Origin: Balanoglossus misakiensis
Taxonomy: Eukaryota > Animalia > Hemichordata
DNA: 64,000 nucleotides
Direction: 5' to 3'
NCBI GenBank assembly: GCA_040954595.2
Contig: CM082590.2
Location: 1,612,001-1,676,000, forward strand
Shown: one piece after another, positions 24,247 through 36,942 of the stretch
How positions within the stretch are numbered: the stretch's first letter is position 1
How the letters are laid out: every line of letters begins with the position of its first letter
Notes under the pieces: generated by a model
The model's database searches: none
The model's input: only the letters and a program-made list of their open reading frames with translations
What the model was told of the DNA's origin: nothing
Translations under genes and position numbers: made by a program

Positions 24247-27200
24247 TATGTCAATGAACCCATACAGTTCTGTATGTTTTGAGCTAAAATTATGAATTTT
24301 CTAATGTTTATTAATTTTTTTTCTTTTTTCCACATTATTGGTAAAAAAAATCTTCACTTCTGAGAGCGATAGTCTGAATCCTTCGAAATTTAGTATGAGG
24401 TTATTATTATATATGCCAGAGTATGATAAGCTGTTGTACATTCATTTGGCGGCCATATTGGTTTTATTCAAAATATAAAGTGCAAATGTAAACATTTTTT
24501 TTTCAAAATTGTTCCAAATGTCATAGAAATAGTTTTGAATAAAAACACTAAAATAGCTTGTCTAATACCCAATATACAGCCCTAATATGGGTTTCTATGA
24601 ATACTGTTCAGCATATTGAATTTATGAAAATTATAAAAAAATCTGCCCATGTCAAATATTATTTCAAGATGGTTCTTCATGTACATGAAATATTTTTATA
24701 CTTTAAAATCATAGAAAAAGTCGTGTTTATTTCTTGATATTTGGCCCCCAAATTTTCAATATTAAGTTTATGCAAATTAGAAATATTTCCACAAGGTGGA
24801 TTTGGGTTCAATTAATCTAGACACCTCTCCAAAATATATTCTGAAGAAAAAAATTATGTTGCAATTTATGGTGGCTTAGGTGCCCAAATCTCATAGATTG
24901 ACTAGACTAGAAACCGTTGTCAGATTGCTTTAAACTTTGGCAGAAATGTTCCTTGTAGTGATTGAAGTAAGATGCTGTATAATTGTAGAGATTTTTGCAT
25001 ATTTGTGTTTTTGCAACTTTTGAACAAATGTGTTTTTCTTTGAAAATGCTTTTTTGATTGCTTTGAAATTTGGTAGGAATATTCCCAGGGGTATAACTAT
25101 TTTTTCTGATTGCTTTGGAAGTTAGTTTACAATTTCATAACACATGTACCTGTATGTGCAACTTTTATTAAATTCTGGTTTTTAATATTTAGGTAGTTTT
25201 GTTGTAAATTCTTTGTTTTTGGATAGCAAATCTTCTCTTGAACCAATTCTCCAGTTTCTTTGAAAGTTACTGTATGTTAACAAGGTGATGGTATACCCAA
25301 CTTAGATTGTGTTCACCACATGTTTACGTAACTTTAATATGCCAGCTGTTACACAGACCACCAGCTATTCTATTTTGAATTACCAGTGGCAGGTCACTCA
25401 AAATTTTTGAGCAGGTATTCCATGGTTCCTTGACATCACAAAATCGTCTCGAACTGGTCTCCCATTAGACACTTTTAGCCCCTTGATTAGCCAACGTCCA
25501 AAAACATTTAGGCATTTCAGAGATCATTATTCAGTTCGTCAGTCACTTGTAATGCGGGTTGAAAAACACACACTTGAATTACTTGCTATTTAAAGTCCTG
25601 CAAGCTGCTTAAAACTCGTGTGGACACTGATTTTATCATGTTGGGTATCTTCAAACTTTGATACCACCCCTAGCAATTTTTTATACTGACATGGTTTCTC
25701 GCCAGTGATTTCAACATCCTACTAGGAATACAACCTCTCCTCAACTTCATAAATAGAGGGCATGAAATTGAAGGTTTTTGAGAACACTATTTAAAATCAT
25801 CCCCATCAAGTCTATAAACGTCTTTGGACAGATTTGTATCCAGAGTAAAACGAAACATGCAATAAAGAGACTTTATGCAATAAAAACATGTTGACAATAA
25901 CTCCAAACAATAATTTGCTATGTACAACATGTCAATCGCTAATAGTAGGTATGGCCATAAGCATAAACCTGTTTGTTTTGCTATCTTCACTATTCATGTT
26001 ATCTGACTACATTAATACATTTGCAAGCATACTGTTTCAGACGTAGTGAAGTTGATAAACATTTACGAGTATATTTTTACCTGTTGAAACTTACGGAAGT
26101 TGATCAAAGACTGGACACTTCACATAGGATTTTTCATCCCCTCTGTAGATTGATAGTCTAACATAGCTTGCAATCTTTCTTTCAAAACTGCAGAGGCCTT
26201 TATAAAAAGTTGTTGGTCAGAATGAAAGCTTTGGGGGGGGGGGGTGTAGGATTTCCTACTTTTTAGGTTATTTTTTCTTTGCCCCCCAAAAGTTATGACA
26301 AAAAATTGATGGCCCCTCAGAATTTATACTCCCCCATCATACGCTATCCATATTTATATAAATATGTCAATAAACGCCATACTGTCCTGTAGGTTTGAGC
26401 TAATATTTTGAATTTTCTATTTCTTATTGTTTTGTCTCTTTCTGCATTATTGGTAAAACAAATCTTCATTTCTGAAAGCGATAGACCGACTCCTTCAAAA
26501 TATAGTATGAAGCTTCCTATAGGTGGTCCGAGTTACCATAGTTTTTGTTCAAATCGAAATTGTTGTAAAATTGGCATTTTTAATTTTGAACAATTTTTGC
26601 TCAGAATGCTTTGAAATTTGGTACGCAGATTCCTAGGGGGTAACCCAAGTAAGATGTAAAATATGCTTAAAATTGCGTGCTTGTGTTATTGGGGAATTTT
26701 TTTACAATTTTTATCAAAAACTGTTTTCTCTGAAAGCGCTTGTCAGGTTGCTTTGAACTCTTAGGTCCCATTTGGGACCTAGTGGAATCAGTTCCGTCTG
26801 TATGTATGTATGGATGCATGTCTGTATATCCGTCCACATCAAAAACTTGAAAACCGCTGCGTTTATCACCTCGATATTTCGTGTGTAGATGCATGCCCTG
26901 GCTGTATATGGGAGTTTCTTCAAATGAAGTTGTCATTGACAAAAATATGCAAATTAGATGGAAAAATATGAAATGGGTCAAAACTCAAACTGAACAACTA
27001 CTGGTCAGATTAATTTGGAAATTGGTATGCAGGTACCTTATGTCTACCTCAAACAGTCCTGTATGCTTTCAGCTAATATTGATTTTCTATTTTTGATGCA
27101 TTTGTTTTTATATTATTTTTTCATCATTATTGGTAAAAAATCTTCCTTTCTGAAAGTGATCTGCCTACTTCTTTGAAATTTAGTATGAAGCTTCTTATAG

Positions 27201-27952
27201 GTTGTCTGAGTAACCATGGTTTTGTTCAGATTATTGAAAAAAATTACATATTTATAATTTTGATAATTTTTTTGTCATCTTTCCCCTCTGAAACCGCTTG
27301 TCAGATTGCTTCGATTGTTTCGCTTTTTGGCAGGCATGTTCCTTGTAGTAATTTAAGTTAGGATTTTGAACAATGTTGGTGATATTTGCAAGTATGTGTT
27401 TTTGCCACTTTTGAAGAAATATTTAGCGAGTTTTTTTGCAAATTATTGTTTTTGGTTAGCAAATCTTCTAAACTAATGTCCAGTTGCATTGAAAGTTATT
27501 GTTTACAAGGTATTGCTACCCCCAGTCTGTTTACACTACATGTTTACATAACTTTAATAGGCCAGCTGTTACAGAGACCACTAGCTATTGAATGTCTGTC
27601 AGTCTGTCCCAGGGCTGACTGTAAGAAGTTGCTTGTCATGTGTGTTTCTACACACAAATTTTGGTCAAACATAATTTTTTATAGCACAGCTTTTAAGCCT
27701 GCCACGACACATGACAGTGTATTGGGCATGTTCTTTGTTATTTTTTTTTTTACATTTTCATATTCATATATGGATAGGTCATATCTGCTTGCCAATGTGC
27801 CCCCAAAAATTTCTTATGTAAAAATATCGATGGCCCCCAGGAAATCCTACAGCCACCTCAATTCCTTGGGAAGTATATTCTCAACACTCCCTTACATCAC
27901 GACATACAGGTTTATGATTTGTTACTAACTGCTATGCATATTTCATTCACAG

Positions 27953-28037
27953 ATGGAAGCCACGATTGTCACAATTTCAACTGGTCCAGGGTTTCTCGTT
28001 CTCCTGTGCGCTGAAGCTTGGTTAAGACTACTTTCTT
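27953..28037 (+). ncRNA. Putative lncRNA exon A3 (85 nt; diverged)
   Basis: TACTAAC branch, ttcattcacag| acceptor, |gtaagcatg donor. Keeps the atttcaac and ttaagac blocks. Confidence 0.6.
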
Positions 28038-28477
28038 GTAAGCATGAGTTCATCTATATTTGCTTTTTTTAGGGCATTATTGATTTCCTGTAATGTGATT
28101 ATGATGACGTGAATGAACTGGACATAAATTTAGAATTGGCAGAATTACTCATTACTGTAATTGTATATAGGTGCCTTGAATTTAATTATTTGTTTGCCGT
28201 CCATGGGTGGGTATGTTTTAGGTACAGTGTTATTGAGTCTGTGTGCATGTTTCTGTTGTTTACACATAAATATCATTTGTCACCTGATTGCCATGTAAGA
28301 GTATACCCATGTGGAGCTTCTTTACTCTGCAGTACTATTACTGATGTAAATGGAGTTTCAAAATTGCTGTTTTCACAGATTTCTCTGCTAAGTATTCCAT
28401 TGTTGTGTGTTGTCACAACACAGCACTGACTCTACATTATACCATGTTCTGCATTTTTGACTTATTAGTATGACATA

Positions 28478-30406
28478 AGGGACTGTCCAGAATTTACTTC
28501 CAGGGTGGGGATGGAGGATTTCTTATTTTCCTGGTGATTTTTTTTCCATGGCCCCCAAGTAAATTGTGCAGGAAATCTGTGCCCCCCCCCCCCTTAAATG
28601 CCCCCATGCCCCCCCCCCCCCAATATATACATGCATACTTACAGTCTCACAAGACAGGTTTATCACCCTTTGCAAGAACAATCAAGAGATCATTTACACA
28701 CTGATATAACCAATTTTACAGGGGACAGTTAAGTGGTCATAAAAATCATGTTTTTGCAGGGACTGCAAGTGGCACACTTTTGGGAAGCCTAGCAATGGGC
28801 AACTAAGATTGTAGTTTTCTGAAAATAAATTAATTATGACAAAACTTCCTACTATGTCCACTATATAAAACACTTCAGTTGTAAATAAGGCATGTCAAAA
28901 ACACTGCATCAGCACTTTTGCATCAGAGGTTTTTCAAAGGAAAATATACAGTTATGATCATTGTATCTAATTATCAAGCAGAGTGACATAGTATTTGATT
29001 TAGATTTTTCAATACAGCATTTTTCAATGGGTTATGTGTGACAGTTTCAGGAAATTGACAATAATCAATTGTTTAACAATTTCATATTTTACTTTCTCTT
29101 TTTTACAATCAACAATCAAGTATTTTTTTAAAAATTCAAATCAAACATGATATTGTGTCCTTTACAGTATTTTAAAAAGATTCTGCAAGTTTTGGCAAAA
29201 ACATAAATAAAATGTTTCTTGTTTTTCAATTGGTAAATTAAAAAATAATGTAGTCATGCACAATTTTACGAGGTTTTTTAAACCTTTTTTTAACAAGTTT
29301 GGCTGGCACAAAACAATATAATTTTATGTGTTTGTACTATAATCAAAACAATAGGTACATCACAGGCAAAACATTTGCTGTTACACATGAGCATACTCTG
29401 AGGAGTGGACCAAGAAAGTGCACTTGACACAGAGGACTAAAACATTCAGATAAAAATTGACAAAAGTTAAAGCCAATGTCTCTTTAAGTTTAATATTACC
29501 AGAAAGCAGGGTGCCATTAATATCTTTGAGATATCAATGAGACAGAAATTGCAAATTCGACTGTGTTGAGCCTCACAAAAATTGTAGACAAGCACGATTC
29601 AGACTGCAAACAAAAAGACATTTTAAAAATAAATATTGTGTATTATTTTAGTTTGTAGGAATTAGAATTCTTGCCCATATATTGTGCAATTTTGAACAAA
29701 CTAGAAAAGAAATCAACAAATACTTCGAGGTCAACAAATCTTAAGCGTTAACAAGAGTTACGGCTAGTAGGGCTTTAAATCTGGATTCTTACCCGAGTAC
29801 CATATTTAAGCAAGTAAGATGAATGTGATTTATTATGTCTTACTTTATTCACAGTCACTCTACAAAATACTTCAGGCGTACTATGCTTTATTCTATAAAA
29901 TGTAGAATTAATTTATCGCTAGCTGCTGGTATAGATAGATTGTCAAAAAAGTCTAATTCTTTAAATCTTGTCTGGACTTGAATTGAGCTCAGTTATCAAC
30001 AGTAACAACACTGACTGTTCACCGTACATATATGGTCTGTGCTGGCAGGCCAAATAAGTTGGACATCTTATTATGCTTCACAGAGTAGTTGAACAAGAAA
30101 CTGTAGTACATATACGAAATACACCACCGTAAAAATTACCCGAAATTCCAGCTTATGATGATTTAATAATACGCTTGTGGAGTTCATCTGTCATCCAGGT
30201 TGCCATGCTGGTTTGTTTCTTATAAATCAGTACTTCTGGGCAAATATTAAGTTTGTGAGGTTTTTTGTTACATGGCCCACCTAAAGGACTGTGATTTTTA
30301 TGTCTGGCCTCCCTCCCCCTAATTTTTCTTGGGGAAAATTGGTGACCCCCCTCCCCCTGAAAATCCTCCCCCCCCCCCCCCCTGGAAGTTTATTCTGGAT
30401 AGTCCT
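28478..30406. mobile_element. ~1.9-kb non-autonomous DNA transposon inserted in the A3-B3 intron
   Basis: TA|AGGGACTGTCCAGAATTTACTTCCAGGG...CCCTGGAAGTTTATTCTGGATAGTCCT|TA. The flanks rejoin into the intron seen before B1/B2 (attagtatg..gcaag..gattggttactaat). Confidence 0.82.
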
Positions 30407-30461
30407 TAATGCAAGTTTGTGATTGGTTACTAATAAACATGCACATATATTTGATTCACAG

Positions 30462-30614
30462 GCGGTGTCTTAAGTGGTCATCATTAGGCTGTGCAGGAGG
30501 GGGAGAAGACCTTGGATCCTATGTTGAAGACCCTTACGGCATGATTTGCTGTATACATGCTGTATACATAGCATTTCAACATGAAGTTCCAGGCCCCGTC
30601 AAGTACCTTTTCTG
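30462..30614 (+). ncRNA. Putative lncRNA exon B3 (diverged; original donor degraded, likely extends to |gtaacc at 30615)
   Basis: tactaat branch, tttgattcacag| acceptor. Contains gtcttaa and a purine-rich arm complementary to A3. Confidence 0.55.
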
Positions 30615-33600
30615 GTAACCACAACTTGTTGTATACCTGCTACATAGCCAGTTTATATGTTACTGTTTTTAATCAAATAGTTAATTCACCCTATCAATTT
30701 TATTGGGGCAGCAATTGGTTATCATGGACACCTCTAATAATCACTTGAATATTCTCCACTTGGTAACCTTTATGTAGTGCTATCCTCCACGATCAAAAAG
30801 AGGGTTGGTTATGACTATTTGAATAGGGGATCTAATTGTATTATTGGTATAGGGGAAGTATTTCACAAATGTTTGTGTACATTGATTTCTCATTTCAACT
30901 CATTGGAGATTTTTTTCCTTCATTTTGATGTAAAATATCAAATAATAGAATCCTTTCCAAATTATTTTTTCAAAAGTCACTCTTAATCAGAAAAATGTTT
31001 ATGAAGCTTCTTGGTAAATTTTGATATTTCACAAGCATTTTTCTACTATTGTTGAAGCTCGATCTCAAGAGGTGAGGTAAATTACTTTCTGAATTGGTCA
31101 GGTTTATTTGGTGGGTCTCCCATTCTTTTGATTAAATCTTTAAAACAGCTCACCAAGTTTCTGTTAATAGTTGACTGCTCAAAAGTTAAATTGTTGTCAT
31201 TTCCATTTTAGATAAATATTGTTTATTATGAATGTTAAGAACAAATATAGAGAGATAATAGGGTGTTTCAATGCTACGTTTTCAGTAAGGGGATAAAAAA
31301 AATATTCTGGAAAATGCTGAGTCAGCCATTTTCATGCACTACTAATGCTATAGTTTTCCTATGGTGAAATATCTGAACAACTCAATCAAAAAATAAAATA
31401 ATTGTGTGAGTGTTTTCTTTTTATCATTTAATGATACTTCCATTTCGGCACATATTGTGAAAATTTTAAGAAAATTACTATATTTCTACATTTTTCGAAA
31501 TATCTTCATGTAAGGCTATGACATGTGATAACCAGGCACTGCATCCACGTATTTAACCACCCTAAGATGGGATACAATACATTAAAATATGTTATGAAGC
31601 TTCCTATAGGTGATCTTAGTTAGTTTTGCACAAATTGTTGCCGGTTTTGCATATTGTTGGGGCAATTTTTGCAATTTTTATTGGAAAATCGTTTTTTCTG
31701 AAACCTTTTGTAGATTGCTTTGAATTTTGTAGGCATGTTCCTACTCTGGCTAGGGATATAAACCTAATTGAGCTAATATCATGAATTTTCTATTTTTTAT
31801 GCTTGTTTGGACTTTTCCACATTTTTTGCAAATAAACAATTAATGGAAGTGATAGCAAATTTCTTTAAACTTTAGCATGAAGCTTCCTATATTTGATCTA
31901 CGTGATTTTCGTAAATTGTTACAAAAAATTGCATACTTGTAAGTTTGGGAGATTTTTACCAATTTTGCTCAAAAATCATTTTCTCTGAAATCCCTCGTCA
32001 GATTGCTTTTAAATTTGTTTGGAACGTTCATAGGGGTTACCCAAGTAAGATGTTGTAAAATGTTAGTGAAATTTTCATATTTGTGTTCTTGGGGCAATTT
32101 TTGCAATTTTACATCAAAAATTGTATTCTTTGAAACTACTTGCTGATAATAGCTGGTAGCCGATCAAAACTCTGGTTGTACTCAACTTGTGACTGTCGAT
32201 AAATCTATTATTTTCAATAAAAATCTGCCGAGAAAATACAGACTGATTCAATAGGATTCTTATCTTAAATAGTATAGGCTGAAACTATTTCCATCATAAC
32301 TGTAGAAAGGTTCAAAACGTAATAATCTAATGTTGTAAGTTGCAATCTTGCCTTCCTATCTCCAGTGAAAAAATGATAAGACAACACCAATGGTATGAGT
32401 AATGATATAACTCGTATTTATTTCAAGTTAACTAAACTGTGATAAAAGCAGTGATAAAACTGGTTTCAATTTATAAGGTAATGCTTGGACCAGGAACAGA
32501 GACAAGTAATACTGACAGTAATGAAATGCATCCCATCCAGTGATTTCCCCATGCTTTTTGAGCAACTTGGCCTAAGTATAGTACCCTAATGTCTCTCAAT
32601 GTAAGCCACTTGCTTTCACAAAACAATCCCATTTTGCCACTTTGTACTGTTCTTTATATTTTGATCTGAATCTAAAAATACTGTTGAATCATCCAGTGTG
32701 AGTTAGCACTGTAATTAGCCAAAGTTATAAATCCACAGTTACCCAGCAAATTTGATATTGTATTGGTTTTGAACTATGTAATAGGTAAGAAAATTTTAAA
32801 ATTTCTACTGTTTCAACCCAGACTAGTTTATTTCTGAATAAACAGAGAAATGACAACGGATAGATTATTCCTGTGTAATAAAGACATATGCAGACACAAG
32901 AAAACGTCTGAACATAATCAGTACATTACTAAAACAGTGTAGGTACATTGTACTATAAACTCAGGAAGATTAGTGACTATTGTTTGCCAAAAATGGTCCC
33001 AAGTCATTTCTCAAGCAGAGCAGAATAGTAGCTTTGAGAAGCAAAGTGTGATGATTTAAAATGTGAAAAGACAACACCAATCTCTAGCTCTGCTCTTAGC
33101 ACTGCAAATGTTATCAGACAGGTAGATAGATGTTCAGTCATCATATGTCTGTCAACACTTTTCTTTTCTGAAATCACTGGTGCAAATGCTTTCAAATTTG
33201 GTATGCAGGTTTCTGGGGGTAGCGAAGTAATGCGTGTTCAAATTGTGCTGAATTCTGCATATTTGTAGTTTGAAACGAGTTTTTGCTGATTTTGGAAGAA
33301 GAAATAAGCTTGTAGGATTTCTTTGACTATGCAAGTTTCTAGGGATGACGCAAGTTGTTTCTTCAAAATGTGGTGAAATTTGCATATATTTTTTTTGGGG
33401 GGGGGGAATTTTCTCTGAAATTTAGTATGTATCTCCATGAGGTTTGTGACATAACCTGCAATTTTGTATTTTGGAGGCAGTTGCCTTTTTATTTGGACTA
33501 AAAATCATATTAGAATATGCATATCTGATTGTCATGTCCACAGGGGTGATATTATTTGTTAACATTATGACTGAATCTGTAAAGTTTTCATTATGATCTT

Positions 33601-34519
33601 TAAAATTGGTACGTATAATTGTTTCGATCTTTGTTGTGAATTGTCCCTGAGTGATCTTAGTCAATTTTTTAAAATTCTGCTGAATATTGCATTATTATTG
33701 TATGTCTGAGTCTGAAGAGTAGTCCTCTTCTCTGAAACCCCTTGACCTAAAGTCAGGTGTCAAATAGTATAATTTGCATATTTGTTGCATATGGGATATT
33801 GTTGCAGTTTTTTGAAATTCAAGATGGCTGCCAATCTTTGTTTTAACTCTTTGGAAAAACATTTATTTAAATACTTTTCTGAAAACAAGGTGGTGAACAT
33901 CACATTTTTTTCAAACAGTAATTGGTATAGCTATCATTGTTTCTGAAAATCTTAACTTGTAGGATTCTTTTTTAATCTCTAGCATCTGCAAAGACCACTA
34001 AAACAGCAACTCTATAAAAAGTCTTGTTGCTTAGTACTGACACAAGGTGGTAAAAAGATGTGCAGCTTTTGACTTCTTACAGGCTTACATTTTGTTAGTA
34101 ATATGAGTCCCTTTTTGGTATTGTGCTGGTTTTTTGTCAGGAGCTTGGGCCCCATTCCCTGGATTTTTTTTGCACACCTGGCTCTGAAAAGCTGCCACAC
34201 CTAGGCTTCTCAAATTTGTCACAGCTGTACTTGCCAACGAGTGTGCACCTTAAAATTCAAATCAGTTATTTGACCTGGCAGCCATATTCAGTTATTAATG
34301 CAAATTAGCTGGGACAATTTGAAATTGGTCAAAACTCAGAAACTCGACAACCACTGGTCAGATTGATTTGACAATTGGTATGCAAGTACCTTATGTCAAC
34401 CACATACAGTCCTATATTTTTTTGAACAAATAGTTTGAATATTCTATTTTTATGCATTTTTTCATCATTTTTGGCAAAAAGTCTACTTTTCTAGAATTGA
34501 TGAGTCGACTTCTTTGGGC

Positions 34520-34950
34520 GACGGCAAAGTCCAGGAGGGAATTTAAACTTTAAAATCCAAAAGGGATGGGGGTCATCTTTTTTTTAAACCTTTAAAGGGG
34601 GATCCCATTCTTTTTGCCCCACAAAATTACAGTTCCGAGGTCTTTTTTTTACAAAATGTACTAATCACACCCACCCCTTCATTCTTCACCACATTCCATT
34701 TATTGGCTGGTTTGTATATTGTACCAGGACAGGCTACTTGCCATCCCACCCCACCGATGCAAACTTTGAGTGGCATAAGTACAATTGTAGTAACATTGAG
34801 CTAATTTGCTTTTGGGCTCACTAAAATGCAACTTTGAGCTCTGTATTTGTACAAAATTTTCATTAATTGGCTGGTTTGTCTATTGTACCCGGCCGGCATA
34901 CATAAGATCAAGGACAACGAATGTTTTCGGGGGGGGGGGGGGGGGGGTCA
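34520..34950 (+). mobile_element. Truncated relative of the 7166-8146 MITE
   Basis: Shares cacacccacccc.tcattcttc.ccacatt.catttattggctggtttgt and aggac..cgaatgtttt..(g)n.tcat. Confidence 0.65.
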
Positions 34951-35308
34951 TATTTTATTGCCTCTCTATGTGTGCGTCTGTCTGTCTGTACTCCTGTGTA
35001 GACTTCTTTTAGTGTAATCACTAAATGAGACCACAGTGTCCCTGACGCGATTTTCAGTGACCCCGGGGTAACCTTTGACCAGCTTTCCTATATCTTAGTA
35101 TTCACAGTAGAATACAGCCATGGCATACTAACCCTGGTAACCATGGGAACTGTTTGGGCCCCACCAATGGTGCTGGCAGCTTTAATTTTTACATGATTTC
35201 TTCTTATCATTGTTTTTTTAACGATGATGACTTGATCTAATTATTAAAATAATTTCATTCTTTTTTTACATTAGGTTCATTGGTAACACTGCTGCTGGAG
35301 GGAGTGTA

Positions 35309-35973
35309 ATATTTGTAACGCCGCCGCCACCTAATACTGTACTGGAGAGATGAACTTAATACTTGTAACGCCGCCGCCACCTAATACTGTACTGGAGAGA
35401 TGAACTTAATACTTGTAACGACGCCGCCACCTAATACTGTACTGGAGAGATGAACTTAATACTTGTAACGACGCCGCCACCTAATACTGTACTGGAGAAG
35501 TGAACTTAATACTTGTAACGACGCCGCCACCTAATACTGTACTGGAGAAGTGAACTTAATACTTGTAACGACGCCGCCACCTAATACTGTACTGGAGAAG
35601 TGAACTTAATACTTGTAACGACGCCGCCACCTAATACTGTACTGGAGAAGTGAACTTAATACTTGTAACGACGCCGCCACCTAATACTGTACTGGAGAAG
35701 TGAACTTAATACTTGTAACGACGCCGCCACCTTATACTGTACTGGAGGGATGAATTAATACTTGTAACGACGCCGCCACCTACTACTGTACTGGAGAAGT
35801 GAACTTAATACTTGTAACAACGCCGCCACCTAATACTGTACTGGAGGGATGAACTTAAAACTTGTAACGCCGCCGCCACCTAATACTGTACTGGAGAGAT
35901 GAACTTAATACTTGTAACGACGCCGCCACCTAATACTGTACTGGAGGGATGAACTTAAACTTGTAACGACGCC
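35309..35973 (+). repeat. 50-bp minisatellite, about 13 copies
   Basis: Unit acttgtaacgacgccgccacctaatactgtactggagaagtgaacttaat. Units are contiguous, with no variable spacers. Confidence 0.95.
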
Positions 35974-36189
35974 AGATGATGCTTCTGTGACCAGAGGGAC
36001 GAACAACGCCATGATTTGTTGATCTGATCTAATTAATAATATTCATTCTTTTTTTCCAATAGGTTCATTGGTTATATCATCGCCGGAGGGAGTCTAATCA
36101 ATATCTACAACAATGCCGCACCAGATAACAATATCATAACCAGAGGGATGCTGTCAATAGGTTAGGTTAATAAAAAAAATTAATCTGAG

Positions 36190-36325
36190 GGAATGGTGAA
36201 GGGTTGGTGTATGAATATGTTAGGGTAATAAAAAATGGTATAATATAACGGAATGGTGAAGGGTTGGTGTATGAATATGTTAGGGTAATAAAAAATGGTA
36301 TAATGTAATGGAAGGGTTGGTGTAT
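36190..36325 (+). repeat. 60-bp tandem duplication in a GT-rich low-complexity tract
   Basis: ggaatggtgaagggttggtgtatgaatatgttagggtaataaaaaatggtataat, two copies plus a partial. Confidence 0.85.
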
Positions 36326-36758
36326 GATGACTTATAAAACAGCGTGCCCAAGGGTACCGTAACAAAACTGTCTGCAAGGGTATAATATTATGGTTTCAAG
36401 GGTATGATAAGTAATCAAAATACTATAAAAACAAGGGTAATGCCACGTGGTAAATAAAAACTGTACATGTACAGAGGGTAAATACCGGTATAATATAACT
36501 GGGTGTAAATGTCTATGGTGTAATAATAAAAAATGGTTAATACAAGGTTTTAGTGGTGTAATAATAATAAAAGGGTATTAACTTGATGGTATGAAAATTA
36601 TGGGATGTGTATAAATGGTGTTAATATTACAAAGGTATGCTGATTAATTGGGGTGTAATAATAAGAAATTTAAAATTATTGGGTAATTCATTAGTGTCAG
36701 GTTAGGTAAAATAATTTTTGCTATGCATTCGTGTAATTTGTCTGCCGGTTTTTTGCAG

Positions 36759-36942
36759 CGTTACCCGCGTTCGCGTTCTTCATTGCAGGTCGCTAGTCGT
36801 GTAATGGAATTTCGCCGTGTGCCCGTGTGATTCGCCGATGGATTTTTTACAACGTTACCCGTGTTCGCATTCTTCATCGCAGTTCGCTCGTCGTGTAATG
36901 GAATTTCGTCATGTGCCCGTTTGATTCGCCGATGGATTTTTT
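36759..36942 (+). repeat. ~94-bp CpG-rich tandem duplication
   Basis: cgttacccg.gttcgc.ttcttcat.gcag.tcgct.gtcgtgtaatggaatttcg..tgtgcccgt.tgattcgccgatggattttt, two copies. Confidence 0.85.

Larger units (their letters stand above)
18233..25320 (+). repeat. Tandem segmental duplication: unit 1 about 18233-21372, unit 2 about 21373-25320; a more diverged third unit at about 27900-30800
   Basis: Both units start agagctactatgactggttactaac, 3140 bp apart, and are colinear (A exon, B exon, HINE-like repeats). Unit 2 has extra segments at about 22478-22990, 23987-24246 and 24405-24910. Confidence 0.9.

Noticed and set aside
25380-25990. Possible decayed coding sequence on the minus strand
   Set aside because: Multiple stops and no recognisable motif, so it cannot be assigned.
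27386-27928. 180-aa ORF
   Set aside because: It spans dispersed-repeat fragments, has composition typical of AT-rich non-coding DNA, and shows no domain.
35309-35973. CRISPR-like regular array
   Set aside because: Units are contiguous and near-identical with no unique spacers. The context is eukaryotic and there are no cas genes.
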